Positions 48,708-56,821 of a stretch of DNA of 64,000 nucleotides are shown in pieces. Origin of the DNA: a virus (Duplodnaviria > Caudoviricetes). The notes beneath the pieces are model-generated. The model was not told the origin of the DNA. It did not search any database and saw only the letters and a program-made list of their open reading frames with translations. The stretch spans positions 1 through 64,000 of IMG/VR virus record IMGVR_UViG_3300044723_007907. One strand, written 5' to 3'. Numbering within the stretch: position 1 is the stretch's first letter; every line of letters begins with the position of its first letter. The position numbers and the translations under genes were made by a program.

Positions 48708-49202
48708 CTTATCTGGGAATCATATATAACAACAAGAGAAGGAATTGAAGATGATTTCATGGACTTCGCGGATGAAAATCCTAGCAAGAAACCAGAACCA
48801 ACAAAATCTACAAGCTTGAAATTGAAGAGACCACCTCAAGAAGAGCTAGATGAGTACGGTAGAAAATATCTATATAAAGGACCTAAAGATGGTGCTTTTA
48901 CAGACGAACAGCAGAGAGATCAGGCATTAGCTAATCTCCCCGGGGGCATGAGTGCCAAATTTCAACCAGGTCAGGAAGGCTCTTTTTATGTGATAGAACC
49001 AAATGACAATTTCAAATCATATGGATCTGACGGAGATGGCATGGGTGGTACGATCGAGCATGATCTCGGGTACGCAATTGTGGGTTTAGCAGATGGTAAT
49101 TTTCTAGATTACATCAAACATGGTCCTCCAGATGAAGAGGATCCAGAGGATGATATACATCATCAAACAGTTAAAGATTATATGAGTGGTGAAGGATTGT
49201 GA
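48684..49202 (+). CDS. Acidic late protein, putative internal head protein
   Basis: Start MSKDKESQLIWESY at 48684 behind TAAATA at 48673-48678. Confidence 0.65.
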   Translation: MSKDKESQLIWESYITTREGIEDDFMDFADENPSKKPEPTKSTSLKLKRPPQEELDEYGRKYLYKGPKDGAFTDEQQRDQALANLPGGMSAKFQPGQEGSFYVIEPNDNFKSYGSDGDGMGGTIEHDLGYAIVGLADGNFLDYIKHGPPDEEDPEDDIHHQTVKDYMSGEGL

Positions 49203-49209
49203 TTAGAGT

Positions 49210-49734
49210 GTGAAAACATTCAAACAATTTTTTTCCGAGAATGTTGGTGCTGATACTGAATGGGTTGATGGTGATGTAAAAATAACATTAAAGGATGTAC
49301 TTGACCTGGCTTCAGACCCAAAACAAGCGGATCCAAACAAGTTGAAACATCTGTTGATACAAACAGAACGGGATCCGGAACGAGTCAACCGGGCAGATTT
49401 GAACTACCCAATAGTGGTAGGTATCCGAGGCGGTAAGCCTACAAAAATTTTAGACGGTCAGCATCGATTGGTCAAAGCCATCAAGACACAACAACTCGTA
49501 CAAGTGAGAATGCTCAATTTAGATGTCGCACCAGATCACATCAAACAAATGTTTGGTGAAAATTTCAAGGACGGCAAGAAAAAAGGCAAGAGTCGTCCGG
49601 GTCGAGTCAAAAGAGCAGGTGCCAGTTGCAACGGATCAGTTGCCAGTTTGCGCAAACGAGCCAAAAATAGTGGTGGTGAGAAAGGCAAGATGTACCATTG
49701 GTGCGCGAACATGAAGGGCGGCAAGAAGAAGTGA
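49210..49734 (+). CDS. ParB/Srx-like domain protein with capsid-targeting-like N-terminus and basic C-terminal domain
   Basis: MKTFKQFFSE. RADLNYPIVV...ILDGQHRLVKA ParB-like core. ENFKDGKKKGKSRPGRVKRAGASC tail. Confidence 0.65.
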   Translation: MKTFKQFFSENVGADTEWVDGDVKITLKDVLDLASDPKQADPNKLKHLLIQTERDPERVNRADLNYPIVVGIRGGKPTKILDGQHRLVKAIKTQQLVQVRMLNLDVAPDHIKQMFGENFKDGKKKGKSRPGRVKRAGASCNGSVASLRKRAKNSGGEKGKMYHWCANMKGGKKK

Positions 49735-50282
49735 TCACATTCAAACAGTATTGTGTGAGCGAGGGTCGATTGGGCAGCATGATGGGCGCAGCAGCGATGG
49801 CCGCTAGCAGCTTGCATGGTGGTTTTGTGAAAGATTGGAGCGCCAATTATCAGACCAGCAACGATCCAGCCAAAGAGCGTCGAGCACAACAAGTGATTGA
49901 TGCTGGTTACAAAGTGCCTGCTGATGCTGAACGAGCCATACAGATAGCAGCTGATATATTTGCTGGTGACGAGGGTAAAACACGTGAAGAGTTGATTGAA
50001 TATTTGAGACACACAGGAGCAGTGGAGAGTGGATATCGAACCAAAGTGCAAGATGGAGGCGGACCCGCGCGGAGTTACTGGCAAGTGGAACCAGCAACTG
50101 CCATGGACCTGGTGAAAAACAGCAGCGCGTACTTTGGCAAAAAATTCCACAAACATTTTGGAGAAAACGCACTACGTGCTGCTCAACGATTTGATGAGAA
50201 GAAATGGGCCGAGGGTCTGGAAAAATATGATGAACTAGGTGCCACAATGGCTGCAGCCAAATGGTTGGCAAGTAGATGGTAG
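49731..50282 (+). CDS. Lysozyme-like-fold (putative muralytic) protein with capsid-targeting-like N-terminus
   Basis: GTGA overlap with the previous gene. MITFKQYCVSE. TGAVESGYRTKVQDGGGPARSYWQVEPATAMD resembles lysozyme-like catalytic Glu motifs. Confidence 0.5.
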   Translation: MITFKQYCVSEGRLGSMMGAAAMAASSLHGGFVKDWSANYQTSNDPAKERRAQQVIDAGYKVPADAERAIQIAADIFAGDEGKTREELIEYLRHTGAVESGYRTKVQDGGGPARSYWQVEPATAMDLVKNSSAYFGKKFHKHFGENALRAAQRFDEKKWAEGLEKYDELGATMAAAKWLASRW

Positions 50283-50310
50283 AATTCGGTTGATCGACAT
50301 AAATATCTAC

Positions 50311-50919
50311 ATGGAGTATGTAGATTTCGTCAAAGAGCAATTGCTGACATGGTGGCAATTCACATTGGTTGGAGTGTTGATTTTGATCGGATTTGTGGTG
50401 AATCTGTTCGATCGTGGAGCACGTCATGAGAAGCGCGTGGATTTCAAATACAAAGAGATGCCACACATGCGTCCCATGTTGATACCCACGCGAGACAAAG
50501 GGTTTTTTGGTGCCATATGGATGTGGTTATTGGGTGTCAGGCAATGGGAGATAACCAAGGACTTTCACTTCAGCTTGGGTAAAGACGAGTTTGTGATACC
50601 AGCTGGTTTTCAGTTCGATGGAGCCAGTGTGCCTAAATTTCTGAGCGCCTGGTTGAGTCCAACAGGTGTGTTGCTTATCGGTGGATTGGTTCATGATTAT
50701 GCTTACAAGTATCAAACATTGCTCAAAAAAGGTAAAAAGAGCAGCTTGGGTAAACTCACACAAAAACGTGCTGATGAAATATTTCGTGACATCAACATAG
50801 AGCAAAACGGATTCGTGTTACTCAACAAGCTGGCTTACTGGGCGTTACGCTTGGGAGGTTTTGTTGCTTGGCGTGGTCATAGAAAACGTGACGGTATCAC
50901 ACAGGTTGCCAAGAAATAA
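50311..50919 (+). CDS. DUF1353-like protein with N-terminal TM segment
   Basis: IPAGFQFDGASVP...LVHDYAY...RADEIF. Start at 50311 behind TAAATA at 50300-50305. Confidence 0.8.
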   Translation: MEYVDFVKEQLLTWWQFTLVGVLILIGFVVNLFDRGARHEKRVDFKYKEMPHMRPMLIPTRDKGFFGAIWMWLLGVRQWEITKDFHFSLGKDEFVIPAGFQFDGASVPKFLSAWLSPTGVLLIGGLVHDYAYKYQTLLKKGKKSSLGKLTQKRADEIFRDINIEQNGFVLLNKLAYWALRLGGFVAWRGHRKRDGITQVAKK

Positions 50920-51032
50920 TGCAACGTGATTTCTATTGGGTCATCTGGTTGGGTTTGTTCTTCTTGGAGCGTGAAGCCATAATGGACACATGCTTCCTAC
51001 TTATCTCCCTTGTCCTTCAATTTACCCAGTAG
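50919..51032 (+). CDS. Small hydrophobic protein (37 aa, not in ORF track)
   Basis: TAATG overlap with the previous stop. MQRDFYWVIWLGLFFLEREAIMDTCFLLISLVLQFTQ. Confidence 0.45.
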   Translation: MQRDFYWVIWLGLFFLEREAIMDTCFLLISLVLQFTQ

Positions 51033-51260
51033 ATCATACAGCTTGCGGCAATCCTCACGTCTGTCCTCTAGATGCTTGTTTATCCAGTACCATCTCTCGC
51101 TGTCCTTGCATTCATTCTTGGTTAGATCTATTTGTAGCTTGCGCACATTGTCTCCTAGTTTTGTTAGCTTGTTGCTCTCTTTCTTGATGAAATATGCGAT
51201 CATGGACACTATTAAACCGATGACTACCATCACTAACTTGTCTGGATCAATTTGTACCAT
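50997..51260 (-). CDS. Single-TM coiled-coil protein (holin/XhlA-like candidate)
   Basis: TM segment LVMVVIGLIVSMIAYFI followed by a coiled coil. Late promoter gATAAATA. Confidence 0.55.
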   Translation of the reverse strand: MVQIDPDKLVMVVIGLIVSMIAYFIKKESNKLTKLGDNVRKLQIDLTKNECKDSERWYWINKHLEDRREDCRKLYDLLGKLKDKGDK

Positions 51261-51264
51261 ATGA

Positions 51265-51636
51265 TTATTTATCGTTTTGTGAGTGTTGCTTGTACAACAG
51301 CACCGCTTGTTCGAACCATCTCAAACGAAAGTGTAACTCCAACGCGCTAGGACCAGCAACATATCCTGGTTCATCTCGGTGCTCTTCTGGCACGATCTCC
51401 AGTGGTATTTTCTCGAACTCTCCAACAAAAAACACATATGCAGGCATGTCATCATTCAGCATGGCTTGGTCTATTTCATGTAGATACACTCTGGCCCAAT
51501 GTTTGTTGTCAGCATCACGAGCAATCAGCTCATCTATTTCTTGTTGAAATTCTACAGTTCGATTGATCGAGGTATGTTCTGGTGTTAGTTTTGCTGTTTG
51601 ACAAGATGACAATAACAATAACAACAACCAACGCAT
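51265..51636 (-). CDS. Putative lipoprotein
   Basis: Start MRWLLLLLLSSC (lipobox LSS-C) at 51636 behind tTAAATAattac. Confidence 0.65.
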   Translation of the reverse strand: MRWLLLLLLSSCQTAKLTPEHTSINRTVEFQQEIDELIARDADNKHWARVYLHEIDQAMLNDDMPAYVFFVGEFEKIPLEIVPEEHRDEPGYVAGPSALELHFRLRWFEQAVLLYKQHSQNDK

Positions 51637-51648
51637 GTAATTATTTAA

Positions 51649-51685
51649 TAAAAAACCCGTCATGAACCGAGATCCATGACGGGTT
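51649..51685 (-). terminator. Rho-independent terminator after the porin gene
   Basis: Minus strand AACCCGTCATG-10 nt loop-CATGACGGGTT-TTTATT. Confidence 0.8.
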
Positions 51686-51707
51686 GGGGCGTTAAGTGTG
51701 CCAGTGA

Positions 51708-52361
51708 TTAGAACTTGATTCCAATACCAGCGGAAAACACTGTTTCGCTGTCAACATCTTCTGCATCAACATAATCAACTCCAGCGCTTGCCACAAGACC
51801 ACCAAACTCACGACTCAGTAAACCACCGATCTCGTAATAGTTTGTGTCTCCAGCCAACGTGTCAGACACACCAGCCGCACCAGAGATGGTCAGATCAGCA
51901 ACATCGATATCGATGGTGTGACTCAATCCGAGTTCACCGCTGGTCAGACTATCATCCAGATCTTGGTTGATTGTGAGACTGGGACTCAACAACATGTCAA
52001 GTTCCAACGACACGAACAACTCACCACGTGCATCTCCAGGCACATCCTCAAGATGCAAGTAACCGAGTTCCAGGTCAATGTCACCATAGCTTTTAGCTAA
52101 ACCAACAGCGAATTGATAACTGTCAACCGACTGCAAACCTTGATTGGCGAATGCGGACACAAATGCATCAGCAACTCCAACATTGGTGGACAATTTGGCT
52201 TGGACTTGAGTGCTCTCGTCGGAGACTTTTGCTCCACGGAAGTAGTAATCGCTGGTGTACCCGAATCCGAGTTCACCTTGAAAACTGCTACCGCTTTCAG
52301 CAGCACCTGCGTTGATAGTGAGAGCGCATACTAGCGCCAACAACTTTAGTTTCGTTTTCAT
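51708..52361 (-). CDS. Outer-membrane beta-barrel, TorF/Gcw_chp-like putative porin
   Basis: Sec signal MKTKLKLLALVCALTINAGA, TSDYYFRG motif, alternating beta-strands, C-terminal GIGIKF. Confidence 0.8.
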   Translation of the reverse strand: MKTKLKLLALVCALTINAGAAESGSSFQGELGFGYTSDYYFRGAKVSDESTQVQAKLSTNVGVADAFVSAFANQGLQSVDSYQFAVGLAKSYGDIDLELGYLHLEDVPGDARGELFVSLELDMLLSPSLTINQDLDDSLTSGELGLSHTIDIDVADLTISGAAGVSDTLAGDTNYYEIGGLLSREFGGLVASAGVDYVDAEDVDSETVFSAGIGIKF

Positions 52362-52369
52362 ACAGTATT

Positions 52370-52398
52370 ATTATAGTGTATGATACACGTGAATGCAA
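52370..52398 (-). promoter_or_regulatory. Sigma70-type promoter for the porin gene
   Basis: Minus strand TTGCAT-17 nt-TATAAT, 8 nt before ATG. Confidence 0.75.
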
Positions 52399-52403
52399 CT
52401 CAA

Positions 52404-53411
52404 TCAAAAGTCATCATCAAGAGCTCCAGAATTTTGATAATCTGTAACCTTGGTTTCGAAGAAATTCTTTTGCTTGCTCAAATCAATTGTTTCGCTCAAC
52501 CAAGGAAACGGATTAACATCCTTATCGTATCTGAACTTCATACCCAAACCTTCGAGTCTACGATTGGCGATGTGTTGCATGTAATCAACAAACATTTCCG
52601 CGTTGAGACCGAGTATTCCGGTTGGAAGCACATCCTTTGCGTATTCAACTTCCAGCTTAACTGCATCCTTGAGATATTCAGTCAATTCATTATCTAGTTC
52701 TTCGTTCCAAACATCAGGGTGCTGTTCACGTATCTTGTTCAACAAATTTGTACCAAATTTTATATGTAAACTCTCATCACGTAGAGTGTATTGTATCTGC
52801 TCAGCAATACCAGGTATCTTTTCTGACAGAGCCAATAGCATAGCAAAACCACTGAAAAAGAATGTACCTTCACAAACAATCCAGTAAATAAATGCAGCTT
52901 TGATGATCTCTCGAACTCCTTCTGGTGTTTGGCTGTCCACAGGATTGGTTGCCAAATCGCTAGTTATTTTCATCAAGAAATCATCTTTGGCTTTGATGCT
53001 TGGTATCGTTTCATATGCTTGGTATACCTCGTTTATATCAAGGTCCAAACTGTCACATATATAAACTATCGTGTCGTTGTGCAAACACTCTTCATACATC
53101 TGTCTGCTCATGTACTGTCGGCATTCCGGATCAGTAACGTATCTGAACATGGTGAACAGATTGTTACCAACAAGACTCTCACTACCAGCGAAAAAACCCA
53201 AACATCTCTTGATGAGCAATCGTTCATCATCAGACAAAACATTGTCTTTTTTCCAGTTCTGTATGTCCTTCACCATCGGTACCTCCTCTGGTGTCCAGTT
53301 GTTGTTTTTTCCTAGCTTGTATAGATCCCAAGCCCATTTGTTCGTGTGTGGTAATATCTGGTTTACACCAGCTGTATCTTGTCCTAATATTTTATCTGAA
53401 TGTTGTGTCAT
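52404..53411 (-). CDS. nrdB: Ribonucleotide reductase beta subunit, class Ic-like (no radical Tyr)
   Basis: FFAGSESLVGNN, EECLHNDTIVYIC, VCEGTFF, RDESLH, NFFETKVTDYQ. Start set at MTQHSDKIL (53411) behind cTAAATA. Confidence 0.95.
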   Translation of the reverse strand: MTQHSDKILGQDTAGVNQILPHTNKWAWDLYKLGKNNNWTPEEVPMVKDIQNWKKDNVLSDDERLLIKRCLGFFAGSESLVGNNLFTMFRYVTDPECRQYMSRQMYEECLHNDTIVYICDSLDLDINEVYQAYETIPSIKAKDDFLMKITSDLATNPVDSQTPEGVREIIKAAFIYWIVCEGTFFFSGFAMLLALSEKIPGIAEQIQYTLRDESLHIKFGTNLLNKIREQHPDVWNEELDNELTEYLKDAVKLEVEYAKDVLPTGILGLNAEMFVDYMQHIANRRLEGLGMKFRYDKDVNPFPWLSETIDLSKQKNFFETKVTDYQNSGALDDDF

Positions 53412-53502
53412 ACGTGTGTATTTAGTATACAACATATGCGCAAAACAGCAAGTTTGAATAAAAAAATATTTTTTTTCTCAAGTACTGAATTATAACAACA
53501 AG

Positions 53503-53850
53503 TTACAGAAGAAATACCTGCTTTCCTGTGTATCCATTGTATATTCCTTGTGGGCCGGCGGTGCTATCTGTATACTCATCATACGTTACAGAACGCCCGG
53601 TGGTGTCAATGGCAGATTTTTGTGTTACTGTTTGTTCTCTGTATTGTTCCGGTTGGTAGTATTCTAGATCCATTCCTGGGTTGCTCGTGCATTTGCCTTG
53701 ATTGTCCATTGTGTGTGAACCCGGTGTATGGTTGTATTGATACAAGTCTAATTCTCTATATGTTACTAACTTACCCGTTGAATCTACACGGGTCTTAGTT
53801 GTTATTATAGGTGTCGCTCTTCTTATGTATGATTTATCAGTACCTGCCAT
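53503..53850 (-). CDS. Hypothetical protein between nrdA and nrdB
   Basis: 115-aa Thr/Tyr-rich ORF starting 8 nt after the nrdA stop. Internal near-repeat DSTGKLVTYRE / DTTGRSVTYDE. Confidence 0.55.
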   Translation of the reverse strand: MAGTDKSYIRRATPIITTKTRVDSTGKLVTYRELDLYQYNHTPGSHTMDNQGKCTSNPGMDLEYYQPEQYREQTVTQKSAIDTTGRSVTYDEYTDSTAGPQGIYNGYTGKQVFLL

Positions 53851-53858
53851 GTCAATAT

Positions 53859-56318
53859 TTATTGACAGGCTTCACATTCTCCTGGGGGACTGTTCAAACT
53901 ACAAGCTTTAATATTCTCTGGTTCTGGATCCGAACTGTTGCTCACGGTGCTCTTCTCAATCTTGCTGGCAGCTTGATTTCTCAGATAGTATGTTGTTTTC
54001 AATCCATGGTTCCATGCATGCATGTACAAGTCGTTCAAGAACTTCAAACTGGTTTGATTGTTGTATAGATTCAAGCTCTGTGCCTGATCGATCCATCTTT
54101 GTCTAGCAGCAGCTGATTCAATCATTTTGAACTGATCTTGCTGAAAGCTTGTCTTGTACTTCTGCTTGATGTCTTCAGGTAGATCAATCAATTTGATTTG
54201 CATCACATCACCATCAGTTCTCTTGATTTCGTTTATCAATTCTTGATTCCACAGACCTAATGATTTCATGTCTTTGACGAAATGCTCGTTCACCATGGTG
54301 AACTCTCCACTCAGTGTGCTGTAAACATACAACACACTATAATATGGTTCGATGCTGGGGCTACAACCAACAATGCTGCTGATTGTGGCGGTGGGTGCAA
54401 TTGCCATTGTGTTGCTGTTGCGCATTCCGGTTTTGATTACTTGTTTTTTGAGAGCTTCCCAATCTAAATCTCCACGGGTCGTTCCTAAAGCTCTTTCTGA
54501 ACGAGTGCTCATGAGAGTTCTGTATGTGTCCATCGGAAATTCTCCTTTGCTCCAGCTGCTACCTTCATAACTTGGATAGCTGCCACGTTCTTTGGCAAGC
54601 TTGTTGCTAGCCGCGATTGTGTGATACGAGATGTATTCGTACAATTGACCACTCAGTTTGACCGCTTGTTCACTATCGAATCTGATATCCAGAGCATAAA
54701 ACATATCATGCCAGCCCATGCTACCCATGCCCACTGGACGATGTGTCGTGTTGCTACGCTTAGCTTCTTCAGTAGGATAAAAGTTGATGTCGATGACATT
54801 GTCAAGCATGCGGCTGCCTGTGGTGATGGTTTTTTTGAGTTTGTCGTAATCAATCTCCGGTCCATTATCGGTATATTTGATGTGATTGGCTAGATTGATA
54901 CTACCCAGATTGCACACGGCTGTTTCACCATATTGTTTGACACTCCGGCTGTTTTTATTATATTGTGTGGCTTTGGTGTTGAGTGTTATCTCTGTACACA
55001 AATTGCTGCTATGTACCACACCTGCATGTTGTTGTGGGTTACGTATGTTACAAGGATCTTTGAACGTGATCCACGGATGTCCAGTTTCGAACAGACTGCG
55101 GAGCATTTTTTTCCAGAGTTCCTTGGCATTCACTTCTTTGAATATTCTCAACTCACCGGCCTTACCTCTCTTGACATATTCATAATACTTTTTCTCGAAC
55201 TCTTTACCATACAAGTCATGCAAATCCGGCACTTCATTCGTTGTAAACAAATACCATGGCTTGTCTTCAGCGACACACTTCAAGAACAAGTCTGGAATCC
55301 AATGAGCTGTGTTCATATCATGTGTTCGCTTGCGATCATCTCCAGTGTTTTTTCTGAGTTGAATGAAGTCTTCTATATCTGCATGCCACGTTTCCAGATA
55401 AGCGCATCCAGCGCCACGTCTTTTGCCACCCTGATTGACCGCTGTTAACATGTCACCATACAGCTTCCAAAAATAAACCGCACCCTGAGTTTCACCATTG
55501 GTTCCGGTTATGTAGCTGTTTGTGGCCCGGAAGTTCGTCAAGTCCATGCCCAATCCACCAGCGTATTTGTTTTTCAAAGCCTCTTGTAACAAACCATCAA
55601 ATATACCAACGATGCTGTCTTCAAATGTGCTCAGGAAACAACTGCTCAGCTGATTGAAAGTGCCACCGCTGTTGAACAGTGTAGGTGTGCTGCACATGTA
55701 ATCAAAGCTGCTCAACAAGTTGTAGTATTTGATAGCCCACTGCTCACGATCCGTCTCCTCACGCAACGCCAATCCCATGGCTACCCGCATCCAGAATGCC
55801 TGTGGTGTTTCCATTTTCTGACCATCTATATGGTGCAAGTATCTATCAAAAACTGTTTGTAATCCGAGATATGCAAAATTCTGATCACGGGAGATCTTCA
55901 ACTGATCACTCAATAATTTCAAATCCATGCGAGCTAACTCTTTATTGACAATACCGGCTTTTATCAATTTCTTCAAATTCACGATGAATGTTGTACGGTA
56001 TTGCAATTCAAATGCATCACTGTCAACACCCGTGCCAAACACTTCTTTATATATGGTGTTGATCAGCAGTTTAGCTGCCACATACTTGTAGTTTGGTTCT
56101 TGTTCAATCATGCTTCGAGCACTCTTGACCAAGCTGTTGTCTATCTCACTTGTCCTTATACCATCAAACAATTTGATCCTGGCATTGAACATAACCGCTT
56201 CACTATCAACACCATCATACGATTGACCGTTCTTGTCAATACAGCTTCTCTCCACACAAGCTCGTATTTTTTGTTCGTTAAATTGTTCCAGTCTACCGTT
56301 TCGTTTCTTAACATTCAT
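53859..56318 (-). CDS. nrdA: Ribonucleotide reductase alpha subunit with N-terminal ATP cone
   Basis: MNVKKRNGRLE ATP cone, STPTLFNSG, QLSSCF, NQGGKRRGA, SSNLCTEI, VCNLGSINL, AIAPTATIS, KTTYYLR, C-terminal CSLNSPPGECEACQ. Confidence 0.97.
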   Translation of the reverse strand: MNVKKRNGRLEQFNEQKIRACVERSCIDKNGQSYDGVDSEAVMFNARIKLFDGIRTSEIDNSLVKSARSMIEQEPNYKYVAAKLLINTIYKEVFGTGVDSDAFELQYRTTFIVNLKKLIKAGIVNKELARMDLKLLSDQLKISRDQNFAYLGLQTVFDRYLHHIDGQKMETPQAFWMRVAMGLALREETDREQWAIKYYNLLSSFDYMCSTPTLFNSGGTFNQLSSCFLSTFEDSIVGIFDGLLQEALKNKYAGGLGMDLTNFRATNSYITGTNGETQGAVYFWKLYGDMLTAVNQGGKRRGAGCAYLETWHADIEDFIQLRKNTGDDRKRTHDMNTAHWIPDLFLKCVAEDKPWYLFTTNEVPDLHDLYGKEFEKKYYEYVKRGKAGELRIFKEVNAKELWKKMLRSLFETGHPWITFKDPCNIRNPQQHAGVVHSSNLCTEITLNTKATQYNKNSRSVKQYGETAVCNLGSINLANHIKYTDNGPEIDYDKLKKTITTGSRMLDNVIDINFYPTEEAKRSNTTHRPVGMGSMGWHDMFYALDIRFDSEQAVKLSGQLYEYISYHTIAASNKLAKERGSYPSYEGSSWSKGEFPMDTYRTLMSTRSERALGTTRGDLDWEALKKQVIKTGMRNSNTMAIAPTATISSIVGCSPSIEPYYSVLYVYSTLSGEFTMVNEHFVKDMKSLGLWNQELINEIKRTDGDVMQIKLIDLPEDIKQKYKTSFQQDQFKMIESAAARQRWIDQAQSLNLYNNQTSLKFLNDLYMHAWNHGLKTTYYLRNQAASKIEKSTVSNSSDPEPENIKACSLNSPPGECEACQ

Positions 56319-56352
56319 GTGTATAAGATATTAGTCTATTCAAGACCAAATA

Positions 56353-56802
56353 TCAAAGACTTTTACCAGAAAAATATGCTATGATTGATCCCACAAGCGC
56401 GACAATACCACCAATGATCGCTGTTTTCATTTGCCAACCACCGGTTCGATCGATCTTGTTTTGCTCTGATAATGATCGCATCATCGACTCCATGCTGTTG
56501 AATTTTGTGTCTATCCAGCCCTCGAGACGACCGAACTTGCTCTCGAGTTTTTGATGTATTGATTCGAATTTGAGACTATGCTCACGAGACAGGTGTGATA
56601 TTTTTTCGTCCATTTGCTCACGTAACCCGCGTAGTTTGCCCTCAACGCTGTTGACTCTCGTAACAAGCGATGGATGCCCGTTTCCTTTATAGACGGTTTC
56701 ATACAAGTCGTCGACCTCTTTTCTGATTTTATCGAGTTCATCTTCGATTCTTTTTTCTAGTTTAGTCAAGTCACGACTTTCATCATTCTTATCTGCACTC
56801 AT
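56353..56802 (-). CDS. Coiled-coil protein with C-terminal TM helix
   Basis: Heptad-rich body and C-terminal AIIGGIVALVGSIIAYF. Variant late promoter cATAAGTA. Confidence 0.65.
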   Translation of the reverse strand: MSADKNDESRDLTKLEKRIEDELDKIRKEVDDLYETVYKGNGHPSLVTRVNSVEGKLRGLREQMDEKISHLSREHSLKFESIHQKLESKFGRLEGWIDTKFNSMESMMRSLSEQNKIDRTGGWQMKTAIIGGIVALVGSIIAYFSGKSL

Positions 56803-56821
56803 GTACAGATACTTATGATTA

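Noticed and set aside
49536-50466. Minus-strand ORFs of 206 and 220 aa
   Set aside because: Shadows of better-supported, coupled plus-strand genes.
53458-53478. A/T palindrome aaaaaaatattttttt between the orphan ORF and nrdB
   Set aside because: Pure A/T in an AT-rich genome, too weak to call a terminator or operator.
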